Shown: positions 9,783 through 20,031 of the stretch, piece by piece
Position numbering within the stretch: the first letter of the stretch is position 1
Layout: each line of letters starts with the position of its first letter
Source: a virus
Strand: one strand, 5' to 3'
IMG/VR virus record: IMGVR_UViG_3300027747_004779
Span: 32,001 to 96,000 of that record
Length of the DNA: 64,000 nucleotides
Translations under genes and position numbers: made by a program
The notes under the pieces: model-generated
What the model saw: only the letters and a program-made list of their open reading frames with translations
Told to the model about the DNA's origin: nothing
Databases searched by the model: none

Positions 9783-11492
9783 TTAAGGTTTCGAACGCGA
9801 AGGTGTATTCGTCGGTGTGCGGGTAAGTGTTGGCGTAGGTGTTCGCGTCGGTGTCTGCGTTCTTGTGGGTGTTTGTGTTGGGGTATGTGTTCTAGTAGGT
9901 GTCTGCGTAGGTGTTAATGTCTGCGTTATAGTAGATGTTGGAGTTGGTGTACGGAAAGGCGTAAATGAAGGTGTCTGAGTCGGTGTATTAGATGGCGTCA
10001 CTGTTGGTGTTTGTGTATTGGTTGGCGTCCCAGTAGGTGTTTGTGTTTGTGTTCTAGTAGGCGTCTGTGTGGGCGTTGATGTACGCGTTGGTGTATTAGT
10101 TGGTGTTCTTGTAGGTGTCTGTGTTCTCGTAGGTGTCTGTGTTCTCGTAGGTGTCTGTGTATTGGTTGGCGTGACAGAAGGTGTTCTCGTTGGTGTTTGT
10201 GTCTTTGACGGGGTAACAGAAGGTGTTATCGTATTAGTAGGTGTCTTAGTTGGCGTTCGTGTTTGTGTTGGTGTATTTGTAGGTGTAACGGAAGGAGTTT
10301 GTGTATTTGACGGTGTTACAGATGGTGTTTGTGTATGTGATGGTGTCACAGACGGTGTTATCGTGTTAGTAGGTGTCTTAGTTGGCGTTCGTGTTTGTGT
10401 TGGTGTATTTGTAGGTGTCTCAGAAGGTGTTGGCGTATTGGTAGGTGTCTCAGAAGGCGTTTGTGTCTGTGACGGGCTAACAGAAGGTGTTGGTGTAATA
10501 GTGGGTGTCTCAGAAGGCGTTTGTGTCTGTGACGGGCTAACAGAAGGTGTTGGTGTATTGGTAGGTGTCTCAGAAGGTGTTGGTGTTTGTGTAAGTGTTG
10601 ATGTATATGTCAATGTAACAGACGGTGTTTGAGTTGGTGTTTGTGTTTGAGTTGGTGTTTGTGTTGGTGTCGGTGTTTGTGTTGGCGTCTGTGTAGGTGT
10701 ACTAGTATGTGATGGTGTTACAGAAGGTGTTTGTGTATGCGATGGTGTCACAGACGGTGTTTGTGTTTGCGTCGGTGTTTGCGTCGGTGTTTGTGTTGGG
10801 GTGACAAAAAAGCCATTTTCATTAATATTTCTAACTGCGAATACTGTATTTTTATCGCTATTACTAAACCCTATGCATGGATATACTGTAGGTGGCATTT
10901 CAGCGGGCATGTTGATATCAAATATGTTATAAAATTTGTTATTAATCTTATGATCGAGAATAATATTTTTTCCGAAATTGGACACTGTTAATCTAAACAC
11001 TCGATATGCAGGTATTGCAGGTGACTGACGGTAAAGATAAAACGGTTCATCGAACTTTGAGCTTGCTAGATTTTCAGTACGATGAATTAATGAATATCCA
11101 GATTCGTAGTTGCCTCTTACGCTAACTGTATTAGAAGCCGGTTCTGCATAACCATCTAGCGGCCAGAAATTAGATCCGAAATTTCCTGTAATATCAAAGC
11201 CAACAACAAGGCTTGCGTTTACAACTCCAGGAAAATAAACAAACCCCGCTTCGCCAGATACTCCAACAATTTCCGTTGCGCCTAATGCTGGACCTGGTCC
11301 ACCGGTTCTACCTGTTGATTGAAGGTTTCTACAGTCAACAAAAAATAGTGAAAAGCCTTCAGCCCCGCTTAATGTATCGCCATAGCAAGCGTACTCTAAT
11401 GATACTATAAAATCTTTGGAAGTATCAATGGTCTTGTAATCATATACAACAGATGTACGATCTTGTGGGCTAAATGAATAAAATAATGCCAT
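9783..11492 (-). CDS. L-type-lectin-like domain + ~340-aa Thr/Pro mucin-like tail; probable virion appendage
   Basis: N-terminal ~230 aa with GAEGFSLFF...GGPGPALG...LVVGFDITGNF (legume/bacterial lectin-like). The C-terminus has Thr/Ser at almost every second residue. Last gene of the baseplate gene run. Confidence 0.6.
   Translation of the reverse strand: MALFYSFSPQDRTSVVYDYKTIDTSKDFIVSLEYACYGDTLSGAEGFSLFFVDCRNLQSTGRTGGPGPALGATEIVGVSGEAGFVYFPGVVNASLVVGFDITGNFGSNFWPLDGYAEPASNTVSVRGNYESGYSLIHRTENLASSKFDEPFYLYRQSPAIPAYRVFRLTVSNFGKNIILDHKINNKFYNIFDINMPAEMPPTVYPCIGFSNSDKNTVFAVRNINENGFFVTPTQTPTQTPTQTQTPSVTPSHTQTPSVTPSHTSTPTQTPTQTPTPTQTPTQTQTPTQTPSVTLTYTSTLTQTPTPSETPTNTPTPSVSPSQTQTPSETPTITPTPSVSPSQTQTPSETPTNTPTPSETPTNTPTQTRTPTKTPTNTITPSVTPSHTQTPSVTPSNTQTPSVTPTNTPTQTRTPTKTPTNTITPSVTPSKTQTPTRTPSVTPTNTQTPTRTQTPTRTQTPTRTPTNTPTRTSTPTQTPTRTQTQTPTGTPTNTQTPTVTPSNTPTQTPSFTPFRTPTPTSTITQTLTPTQTPTRTHTPTQTPTRTQTPTRTPTPTLTRTPTNTPSRSKP
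9790..10802 (-). repeat. ~1 kb Thr/Pro coding low-complexity tandem repeat with near-exact internal duplications
   Basis: 60-bp near-identical units at 10441-10500 and 10501-10560; a ~65-bp duplication at ~10221 and ~10353; 18-bp gtaggtgtctgtgttctc units at 10111-10160. Confidence 0.95.
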
Positions 11493-11494
11493 AT

Positions 11495-14400
11495 TTAAAC
11501 TCCAAAAATAAATGCGTCTCCTATTACACTCCCTGCAGCAGATCCTATAATTGTATATGTTGAATATCCGGAAAACGGTGGTGCATATGAGAAGTTTATA
11601 CTATTAACATCTGTAGTCAACTTAAACATATTATTGCTTATGTTTGTAATAACACCGTTTACATACTTAAAGAATGTCTTATAAATATAAAATAAATTAG
11701 AAAGATCTTTGCCAAGATATGAAATACAATATGTTTCTGTTTCATCGTCAAACGTAACTATTGGCTTTTCAATACTTACAATATTGAGATTAATATCTTT
11801 CCCTAATAGTGAATAATCTTTAATGTCTTCAAAAGTTAGATCTTCTTTATTTTTTTCGGGGTAAAGCTTTGTATAAGTCAATTTATCCATGTTAACGGTA
11901 TAAATTTCAGGATATATTGCTTTATAATTAGTCGAACTTAATTCATAGTATAAGACAGTTCGGCAGAAGAAGAGATTATTATTCATCTCATCGAACCATA
12001 CTGTGGATGTCTTTTCGAACTCCTTTACATCACCTTTGCTAAAGAAGCAATCATTGCGTGTAGTAGTTTTAATTGTATTATTTTCATTATCAAAAATAAT
12101 TTTATCAAATATTAAGTAGTTTTCTGTTTCGAGCTGTATTGTGTCGTAATAAAGATCAAAGTCAATTAATTTTTCTCTTAATTCAGTTTGCATTTCTAGA
12201 CTATACTTGTCATATATGCGTGAAAGAGAGGAAGAAGCTGGAAGATAGAGTGATGAATTAGCATTTCTAAAATAAAGATCACCGTATTCAACAAATCTTG
12301 CATCGTAAATTGTTTTTCTCCTTGACAGACCGGAAAGCCCTTCGACTACTTGCGTCTTTCTATTTGGTACATGATAATTCATGAAATTACTTGGCTCATC
12401 ATATCTAACTACAAACGCTGTTACGTCGCCGCAAGGTGCGGCGCTATTTACCCAGAATAAATTACCGTTTAAAGGAACATAAGTTGATAATGCTACAGTC
12501 GATGTAAAAAGTCCCGGGTAAGCAAAATTAGCTCTAAAGTCGGGTAATATGCTTGTGGGGTTAGTAGCGCCGTCGATTAACTCACCGTAGTAAACATCAG
12601 CATTTGCAGGGTCAAAATCTGGATCGTCAGAAGATTGATCAGGCAACAACCCACTTCCTGGTGAAACAAACGTCACACCATCAAGAGTAGTGCAGAAATA
12701 TATTGTTTCTAGTGCCCCGGGGCAAAATGTTTCAGGCTGAAATCTATATGATGCTACTGGTGTTGCTTTACCTGAAAGCGTATAAGATGGCGCTCCGCTA
12801 TTATACTCTGTAAATGTTGGAGGATAATCTTCAGGAAAGGGTATAAACGACCCCGGAGGCGGGTTGCCATATGGGTTCCATGTATATCCGTTAAAAGCAG
12901 GAGTGTAATAACCAGAGCCTGGGGGTATAGCATTAGCAGTTCTAAAAGTTACGCCAGAATAGCCAAGATCTGCATCTTCTATAGAATAGTTAAAGTTATA
13001 ACCAGAAATAGGGTCATAAAAGGTATGGCCGTCAAGTGATAAACAGAAAAAGAATTTTAAGTTACCGTTATCTGTACGTTCATTTGCCGGTACTTTCGGC
13101 GGATGTATATCTTTATACATAGTATACTCATTACCATAGACGTCGTTTTTATATTGTACAGCGGTCTTATTAAGAGAATATAGCTTTTCAATTCTGCTAT
13201 CTAGAGGAAATACATTTTGTGGTAATAACGGAAACACATCATTATTAGCCCAGAGTGATTTTACATCACCTTTAAAGAACTCCTGCGGATCTGTATAGCG
13301 GGCTAACCCTGCTACTGATGCATCTAATGTTTGCTCTCTACTTTGATATCCTCGAAATGTTTGAAAATATGAATTTGTTTCTGAATCGCCAAACCTATAT
13401 TGATTTGAAAAATCAATTTTATTAAAATAATTAAGTTCATTATATATTAAAGGCGAATTAAACTCTTCTTTTGTTAGCCCAGATACATTACCATATTTTG
13501 ATGGATCAGGAAAAATATATACTGTATTAGCGCTAAGTGAACTCTCGTTTATAACGGCATTAAGACCGAAATTAGTAAAGTTTGAAAACCCTATCTTATC
13601 TGGCTTAAAGAAAAGACCAATCTCTTTAGCTGTTTGTATAAAATCTTGGCTTTGTACAGCTGCTACAGCGGGATATCTTTTATTAAGATAATTTGCAAAT
13701 TCGTTTTTTGCAGAAAACAGTGCACCGGATACATAGCTTGTTGCAGTAGCTCCTGTCGATACATAATAAAAATCTGTACCGATAAACTTTTCTATTAATA
13801 CAGCTTGATTGTTTAGGTTTAAATTATCAGACGTCTGAGTATTGATCGTATTAATAAAGTCACTATCTTTAAGAAAATTAAGCTGTGTGCTATCTACTTG
13901 AGGTGTAATTGTAAAACTATCACCAAACTCAATAAGATAAAAAGGATATGATGTAATCGCTTGTACAATGGCGGTATTAAAATCTAGAAAGAGATTAGGA
14001 TCAATACCGTATTGATTTAAGCTAAAATACTTATATGCAGGGTCAGATGGAGATAACCCGTATGAAGATGCGGGTAGGTTAGCACTAGTGTCTAGATAGT
14101 CATTAAAATTATCGTATAGATCTTCGATATCGATAACCATACTGTTACGAATATCTGAAAGAGAGAGATTCAAGGTGCGAATTAAGTCAGTAAGGTCTTC
14201 TGTTTCTAAGGATTTAGATATTTCGTTATAAATTAATTTACTAACCCCGAAGTTTGACCCTTTAAGATTATACCTTAAATCAGCAGTCCGTACATCATCA
14301 CGCAACGTACTATAGTATAAGCATATGTCTTTAATTTTTTGTGCGAAAAACGGAATTGCTACTGCAAGATCTCTATTGTTATTAAAATCAATATTTTTTA

Positions 14401-14701
14401 GCCAGCGTCTTTCGTCCGTTGTTGTGTGAGTTAGTACTATTTCTTTTATAAGTGAAACATACAACGAGCGTGTTACGTCTACTTGTTCAATAGATTGATA
14501 ATTTTTTGTTTCATACCAGTTATTCAGGTAAGACTGATATCTCTGTAAGAAATCATTAGCATTAGTAAATAAACTATTATTATACTTGACCCACTCCTGA
14601 AATGTTAAAGGTTCTGTCTTGTCTATTGGTGATGTAGAGGGGGTAAGAGATGTTATAGATACATCTAGGCGTTCATCGATAAATCTACTTGACTCAAACA
14701 T
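11495..14701 (-). CDS. Large virion structural protein (baseplate-associated, possibly gp7-like)
   Basis: 1068 aa, downstream of gp25/gp6; a YNLKGS motif resembles gp7/wedge proteins; TAAATA 5 nt upstream of the ATG. Confidence 0.45.
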   Translation of the reverse strand: MFESSRFIDERLDVSITSLTPSTSPIDKTEPLTFQEWVKYNNSLFTNANDFLQRYQSYLNNWYETKNYQSIEQVDVTRSLYVSLIKEIVLTHTTTDERRWLKNIDFNNNRDLAVAIPFFAQKIKDICLYYSTLRDDVRTADLRYNLKGSNFGVSKLIYNEISKSLETEDLTDLIRTLNLSLSDIRNSMVIDIEDLYDNFNDYLDTSANLPASSYGLSPSDPAYKYFSLNQYGIDPNLFLDFNTAIVQAITSYPFYLIEFGDSFTITPQVDSTQLNFLKDSDFINTINTQTSDNLNLNNQAVLIEKFIGTDFYYVSTGATATSYVSGALFSAKNEFANYLNKRYPAVAAVQSQDFIQTAKEIGLFFKPDKIGFSNFTNFGLNAVINESSLSANTVYIFPDPSKYGNVSGLTKEEFNSPLIYNELNYFNKIDFSNQYRFGDSETNSYFQTFRGYQSREQTLDASVAGLARYTDPQEFFKGDVKSLWANNDVFPLLPQNVFPLDSRIEKLYSLNKTAVQYKNDVYGNEYTMYKDIHPPKVPANERTDNGNLKFFFCLSLDGHTFYDPISGYNFNYSIEDADLGYSGVTFRTANAIPPGSGYYTPAFNGYTWNPYGNPPPGSFIPFPEDYPPTFTEYNSGAPSYTLSGKATPVASYRFQPETFCPGALETIYFCTTLDGVTFVSPGSGLLPDQSSDDPDFDPANADVYYGELIDGATNPTSILPDFRANFAYPGLFTSTVALSTYVPLNGNLFWVNSAAPCGDVTAFVVRYDEPSNFMNYHVPNRKTQVVEGLSGLSRRKTIYDARFVEYGDLYFRNANSSLYLPASSSLSRIYDKYSLEMQTELREKLIDFDLYYDTIQLETENYLIFDKIIFDNENNTIKTTTRNDCFFSKGDVKEFEKTSTVWFDEMNNNLFFCRTVLYYELSSTNYKAIYPEIYTVNMDKLTYTKLYPEKNKEDLTFEDIKDYSLLGKDINLNIVSIEKPIVTFDDETETYCISYLGKDLSNLFYIYKTFFKYVNGVITNISNNMFKLTTDVNSINFSYAPPFSGYSTYTIIGSAAGSVIGDAFIFGV

Positions 14702-14709
14702 TAAAATAT

Positions 14710-17700
14710 TTAATTATTATATACAATGTCGCTACCACTTAAGAACAATCTAAGCCCTTTTGTGAGCTCATAGCTTAGCAGACTTTGCATAATACCACTG
14801 TTTTTACTCCATTCTTGAAAAGAGCTATTCGTATAGCTAACAGTAGTCATAGGGTTATTCCAATCAATAATATTATTATAGTGAGATCCTTCATAAAACG
14901 GTGTATATTCATAAAATTTGTAATAATCTGATATCCTACTACCTACAAGTGTTCTTGGCGCAATAAGTCCCCAGCCCCAGTCGTATGTATAGTCTGATAA
15001 CTGTACTGTTTCACCATATTTTATACCGGGTATTTCGACAAAGTTTACTAATGTATAGTTTCCAGAGAAAATTTCATATGCTACAACCGGTACGCCAGAT
15101 GATATCGTGCTTGTGAGGGTTGAGTATTCAGTTCCGAGATTGAGCTGTAGGCTATTATCAACAGTATATGCATTTTTATAAAAGCTTTGTGCAAATTTGT
15201 TACGCTCACCCCAAAGATTTTTATGTTTAATAGATAGAATATTTACTAAACGTAAAAGCTGGGGTGGGAAAGGATAATTATACTGTTCAAATTGAATTGA
15301 AAGTTCTTTACAAAATGAAAGTAATTGATCTAGGTTTACTTTATCAATATCGTCGATATTACTTGTAAAATTAGCTATCTTTTCGTAGATTGTCTTTCCT
15401 AATTCATATGGTTGAGCGCTAGCGCCCCCGACTATTGTTCCTAAGAAATCATTAAAAAATATTTTCTTTTCTTCTAAACTTTCTGTAAAGATTAATGACT
15501 TATAAAACCCTTCTGCGTTAAAATCTTCATTAACTTTTGAGAGACCATATTGCCCGCTAACGGGGTAGATGTTAAATAAATTACTCTGACCGGTGAGAAG
15601 ACGAGTCGTAGTCTGCGGTACCATATGTTTATTGATCCATCTTCCTCCTAGCCAATCGCCGTATGCTTGAAAACTTTTTTCTTCAAACGTTGATAGCTCT
15701 TTTATTGAAATGGATGGGTATAACAGATCTAAGCTTTCATATCCATATCCATCCACAGCTGACACCGGGGGAGCATATGTATCAATGAAATACATTTTGT
15801 TGGTAAAGGTGTTTATTACCCATATGAAGTCTGATGAATCACATGCAATGCCACCTATACTACAGATATAATTCGTCCTGTTACCTGATCCTGCAATGTA
15901 ATTTGTCAAAGAGCCGTCAATGCCGCTGACGCGAGTTAATGTATCTCTATCCTGAACTACCCATGCGTTTTGTAAGCTATCAACTGTAATATCTCCTATA
16001 AACCTAAATCCTGAAAGTGGATAACCTGAAACAAGGGCACCTTCTGAAGTAAATTTATACAAATAATCGTTTTTACCTGTTAACGTTGTAGCGTGGGTAT
16101 CTTGTGCATAGTTAAATGCGGTAACCCATACGTACCTATTTCTATCTACTACTGCTTCTTGAGGGGCGATAAGTGAAGGAAACGGTATAACCGTAAGTAA
16201 AGTACCATAGGTATCATATTTTATTAAAAAGTTTGATATCGGGTGATTATATGTTACCCAAAGGTTATCTTCATAATCTGTATCTAATGACGATGGAAGT
16301 AAACTATTTTCACCTGCAAATCCGGACAAATAGGGAATATTGTAGTCAGAACTCAAATAATACGTATAATTAGTAAAATTTGGATAAGCGACTGCCTTTA
16401 CGTAACCTTGCGACGCGTCTATCTTAACACATGAAACAGAATCAAAAAGAGCGACCCAGACGTCACACTTACCGTCTAGTGAAAGGCTTCCAGGTGCAGC
16501 GCTAGAAAGAATAGGCGAGAGAAGATTTGTTGTTATTATTTGACCTCCGCTAAGAACAGGATAAGCTGACATAGGGAAAGATGATAACATCTTACCATTT
16601 ACATCAAACTTAAATAATGTATCTCGTGTACCGTCGGCAAACCATGTTTGATAATCATTACCAGGCCCGGCACCAGAAGGAGCGACTTGAATTGCATATA
16701 CGTTTCTGTTATTTTTTGCATCAAAAAACTTTTCATCAGCAGAAATTGTAAGAGAAAGATATCCGGAGCAGTAATCATAAATTTCCTGTCTAAAAAATCT
16801 TAGTAGTACATTATATTGCGGTACAGCAATCCACCCAAACAAGACATCTTTTGGATAATTAGCAGGATCATCAATTACCATCGATGCTGTTAAAATACAG
16901 TTAAGCGTCTCATTAGGTATAGTAAAATAACCTTTATAAAACGCACCTATTGATTGCGGTATATTGGTTTCAAAATCTTCATAATATATCACATCGGGAA
17001 CTTCTATGTTTCCGTTGTCTGTTTGCTGTATAATACCGAACTTTACATTAAACGCACTTAGAGAACTTAATTTAGGGTGGGTAGTTGAAGAAGAGAGTGG
17101 AGGGTATGTTTTAGTGGTAAAATTATCTTTGTCTTTCATCCTTATAACGAAAGGAATTTCTGTGTTTTGCCAGCTTATTTCGGGTAAATTAAACTTGGTT
17201 GATGAAAGAGTGCCTTCACCATCGATGCCTGTCGTCGAAATAGAAAGGTCAGTTGCAGGATTATGCCTAATTTTAATAATAGGCAATACAGCGGGTTTAA
17301 TATTTTGATATCCGTATGGTGGATACGGTAGATATTCGTACGAATTTTTATATTGTGTGTACTGGTCATTAAATTTTGCATTATCTAAAGTAGCAAATAT
17401 AAAAATAGGAGGTTCACGCGATGTAAAGTTTTTAACTCTATCATCAACATAATAAAAACTGCAAGAACCTGTTGTACCTACAAATACGCTACCCTCATCG
17501 TCTTTAGAGCAATATTGTAAATGATTATTAACTATGTTGGCATATATTTCAGTGTTGCTTGTTTTAATTTTTTCAACAAGAGCATATTCATACGTATCGC
17601 CGACGGGAATTTTTTCATAAAATCGACTTAATTTGCGAAGATGAGACCATTTATCATTATAAAAATTTTCAACATTTTGGTAATCGCCTATAGCTCCTGA

Positions 17701-18177
17701 TGCATAGAGTGTTAATGTGTATCCTTCAGCGCTTAATGCATGGTATGATTGCCAGCTTGTGTGACGATTTACTGTTAGCGGGTCTTCTATTTTACTTGCC
17801 GGGGTATCGTATATAAATTTTACATAATCTTCAAAAACAAGCTGGTCACGGATAAAATCATGTATGTAAACTGTAGGTCCGTATGAGCTATCGTAAGCAT
17901 TGCCGTTTTTATCGTAAATAGTTAATCTAATTCTATATTTACCTGGCCATTGATATACATGTGACGCAGTTAGACTATTAGAAAACGTACCGTCGCCGAA
18001 ATCCCAACGCACTAATCGGTTGGAGATATTATTTGTTGCGGTTAATGTTGAAGAAGAAGTAAAATCGGGTTCAAAGTATAAAGGCGTATTTGGCAATGTA
18101 TAAGCAGATAATGATAATGAACCTGTATAGTTTCTTATGTAGAAGTATACGTAAGTATAATTTACCGAGTTAGCCAT
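14710..18177 (-). CDS. Baseplate-associated protein with a PKD domain and beta-propeller repeats
   Basis: PKD motif WDFGDGTFSNSLTASHVYQWPGKYRIRLT; repeated propeller blades (DxxxxVWV: DGKCDVWV, DYEDNLWV, DRNRYVWV, DSLQNAWV, DSSDFIWV); directly follows gp6. Confidence 0.6.
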   Translation of the reverse strand: MANSVNYTYVYFYIRNYTGSLSLSAYTLPNTPLYFEPDFTSSSTLTATNNISNRLVRWDFGDGTFSNSLTASHVYQWPGKYRIRLTIYDKNGNAYDSSYGPTVYIHDFIRDQLVFEDYVKFIYDTPASKIEDPLTVNRHTSWQSYHALSAEGYTLTLYASGAIGDYQNVENFYNDKWSHLRKLSRFYEKIPVGDTYEYALVEKIKTSNTEIYANIVNNHLQYCSKDDEGSVFVGTTGSCSFYYVDDRVKNFTSREPPIFIFATLDNAKFNDQYTQYKNSYEYLPYPPYGYQNIKPAVLPIIKIRHNPATDLSISTTGIDGEGTLSSTKFNLPEISWQNTEIPFVIRMKDKDNFTTKTYPPLSSSTTHPKLSSLSAFNVKFGIIQQTDNGNIEVPDVIYYEDFETNIPQSIGAFYKGYFTIPNETLNCILTASMVIDDPANYPKDVLFGWIAVPQYNVLLRFFRQEIYDYCSGYLSLTISADEKFFDAKNNRNVYAIQVAPSGAGPGNDYQTWFADGTRDTLFKFDVNGKMLSSFPMSAYPVLSGGQIITTNLLSPILSSAAPGSLSLDGKCDVWVALFDSVSCVKIDASQGYVKAVAYPNFTNYTYYLSSDYNIPYLSGFAGENSLLPSSLDTDYEDNLWVTYNHPISNFLIKYDTYGTLLTVIPFPSLIAPQEAVVDRNRYVWVTAFNYAQDTHATTLTGKNDYLYKFTSEGALVSGYPLSGFRFIGDITVDSLQNAWVVQDRDTLTRVSGIDGSLTNYIAGSGNRTNYICSIGGIACDSSDFIWVINTFTNKMYFIDTYAPPVSAVDGYGYESLDLLYPSISIKELSTFEEKSFQAYGDWLGGRWINKHMVPQTTTRLLTGQSNLFNIYPVSGQYGLSKVNEDFNAEGFYKSLIFTESLEEKKIFFNDFLGTIVGGASAQPYELGKTIYEKIANFTSNIDDIDKVNLDQLLSFCKELSIQFEQYNYPFPPQLLRLVNILSIKHKNLWGERNKFAQSFYKNAYTVDNSLQLNLGTEYSTLTSTISSGVPVVAYEIFSGNYTLVNFVEIPGIKYGETVQLSDYTYDWGWGLIAPRTLVGSRISDYYKFYEYTPFYEGSHYNNIIDWNNPMTTVSYTNSSFQEWSKNSGIMQSLLSYELTKGLRLFLSGSDIVYNN

Positions 18178-20030
18178 TAGAACTCTCGCTGTAATGATTG
18201 AATAGAAGGTGTAACGATCTTAATTTTGTTTATAAAATCTAATACATTATTAAGGTACGGAAACTTAAAATAAGGTAGCTGTAAGTCTTGCGTTGTAATT
18301 TGTATATCGCTTTCAGAATATACAGGGTTGTATATAACAAGACTAATTCCAGGGACGGTTGCTGTCTGAGTGCCTTGTGTTCTTATTGTATTAATGTCAT
18401 TTACACCGGGAAGAGCAAGAATTTGATTTGTAAGCTTGGTAAGACTTACTAACAGACCGAGATTATCTTTAAGTATAGAGAAATAATTAGTAAATATTGC
18501 TGCAATCTCTTGTCGAAGTGCTTCAGGATTACGTTTTGCTGTAATATCTCGCGATATTTCTAGATAAGATGTTTCTGCTACAGTAGGTGAAAGAGTTTCA
18601 CCGGGAAATCTTGTTCCTATATCAACAGCAACATATACAGGATCATTAACAATAACCTCTGCAGTAGTTAGTTTTACAGATTGTAAATCGTTTAATAAGA
18701 GTTGTTTTTGTGCAGTATTTAAGTAATTTGCTCTTGTAGTGAGAGATGTAAGCTTATCAAGTTTAGGTACAGCATATACGTAGACGTTGTTAAAATTACA
18801 AGAATCTGCAAATTTTACCTGGTTAAATAAAACACGACTCTCATAATTAGGTTTAGATACGCCGAGATCGAAATAGTATTTTAAGTGACCGGATATATAA
18901 TCCCAATTATTAATAACTCTCACAGAGGAAATAATATTTTTATAGTTTTTTGATACATAGTTTGTAAAATCTTCTGAAGTAATAAGCCGGTACTGGCTTC
19001 TAAAACTATTAATGGCATTGTTCTTAATGCTTTTAACACTTTCACGGGCTACAAAAGTTGTAGAGCTATCAATATTAGAGAATTGTATATTACTGACCTG
19101 GTCAGCATTAATAAGTGTAAGGTTTGAAGAGGTAGTATCAGACTGTATAGCTTTAAAGCGGGGCGAATTATAAAAGAATATTTTATTATTGTTTAATAGT
19201 CCTGGGCCTACTTCACCGCGAGTACCATCTGATTTAATATAATATATTGCTACCTCATCGCCGACATTTAGTTTCTTACCTGTAACGTTATTACCAAATC
19301 TTAACTCGTAACGTTCATTTTCATTTAAACGAATTTCATAAACACGAGAGTTAGATCTTTCTAAAAACAATGACTGTGTTGGAGTCCATCTTTCCCATGT
19401 CGGTGTTCCAACAGTATTATCTTTTACATAAACATCGATGTTAAAATGATCTATGGTAACATTTTGCCCGTTTGTATCTACAACTGTCATAGTAACAACT
19501 TCAAACGGCTCACCAGTAGCTGTATATGTCGGGTATTCGTTATATGCTCCTTGAAATAATAAATTATTTTCTTGTAATTCTGTTAACGCTTCTGTGCCGT
19601 TATTAATTTTTGTAAAAGTGACGTCTGTATTAAATGAAAATGTCGCGCCATTAACGGTAAAATAAGAATATCTTGGTATTGTATATGTTCCTGCAGGAAG
19701 AGTTTCTTGTGCTGTTGCTAGAAATGATAATATAGAAGTTTGATTGCCAATAGGGTTATAATTTATAAGCTTTACTATTTTATTAATATTTTCATATAAC
19801 TCTGCTGTAGTAAACGTACTTTCAGCTCCAGAACGGTTGAGATAGAAAATTAAAACATGATATGCATAGGCAACAATATCTATAATAGACGATAAATTAC
19901 TACCTTCAAAGTTTTGATCTGTAAAAATATTATTTGTGTTTAATCTTGTGGTAATTAAACTTTTTAAGCTAGTAGCATCAAACGCTACATAGCCATCTGT
20001 CGTTAAGTCGAAATTATTAAAAGTTGCCAT
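18177..20030 (-). CDS. gp6: Baseplate wedge protein, T4 gp6-like
   Basis: FTDQNFEGSNLSSIIDIVAY, YELRFGNNVTGKKL..GDEV.IYY..SDG..G, ESV.SIK...SQYRLITSEDF. Confidence 0.85.
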   Translation of the reverse strand: MATFNNFDLTTDGYVAFDATSLKSLITTRLNTNNIFTDQNFEGSNLSSIIDIVAYAYHVLIFYLNRSGAESTFTTAELYENINKIVKLINYNPIGNQTSILSFLATAQETLPAGTYTIPRYSYFTVNGATFSFNTDVTFTKINNGTEALTELQENNLLFQGAYNEYPTYTATGEPFEVVTMTVVDTNGQNVTIDHFNIDVYVKDNTVGTPTWERWTPTQSLFLERSNSRVYEIRLNENERYELRFGNNVTGKKLNVGDEVAIYYIKSDGTRGEVGPGLLNNNKIFFYNSPRFKAIQSDTTSSNLTLINADQVSNIQFSNIDSSTTFVARESVKSIKNNAINSFRSQYRLITSEDFTNYVSKNYKNIISSVRVINNWDYISGHLKYYFDLGVSKPNYESRVLFNQVKFADSCNFNNVYVYAVPKLDKLTSLTTRANYLNTAQKQLLLNDLQSVKLTTAEVIVNDPVYVAVDIGTRFPGETLSPTVAETSYLEISRDITAKRNPEALRQEIAAIFTNYFSILKDNLGLLVSLTKLTNQILALPGVNDINTIRTQGTQTATVPGISLVIYNPVYSESDIQITTQDLQLPYFKFPYLNNVLDFINKIKIVTPSIQSLQREF

Positions 20031-20031
20031 A

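Noticed and set aside
10018-10632. 204-aa Val/Gly/Cys-rich + strand ORF (and 9681..9917, 10731..10991)
   Set aside because: Antisense shadow of the Thr/Pro repeat, which lacks stop codons by construction; no promoter signal.
9790-10802. Possible CRISPR array, or TxT ice-binding beta-solenoid
   Set aside because: There are no unique spacers and the repeats are in-frame coding units; the high Pro content is incompatible with a beta-solenoid.
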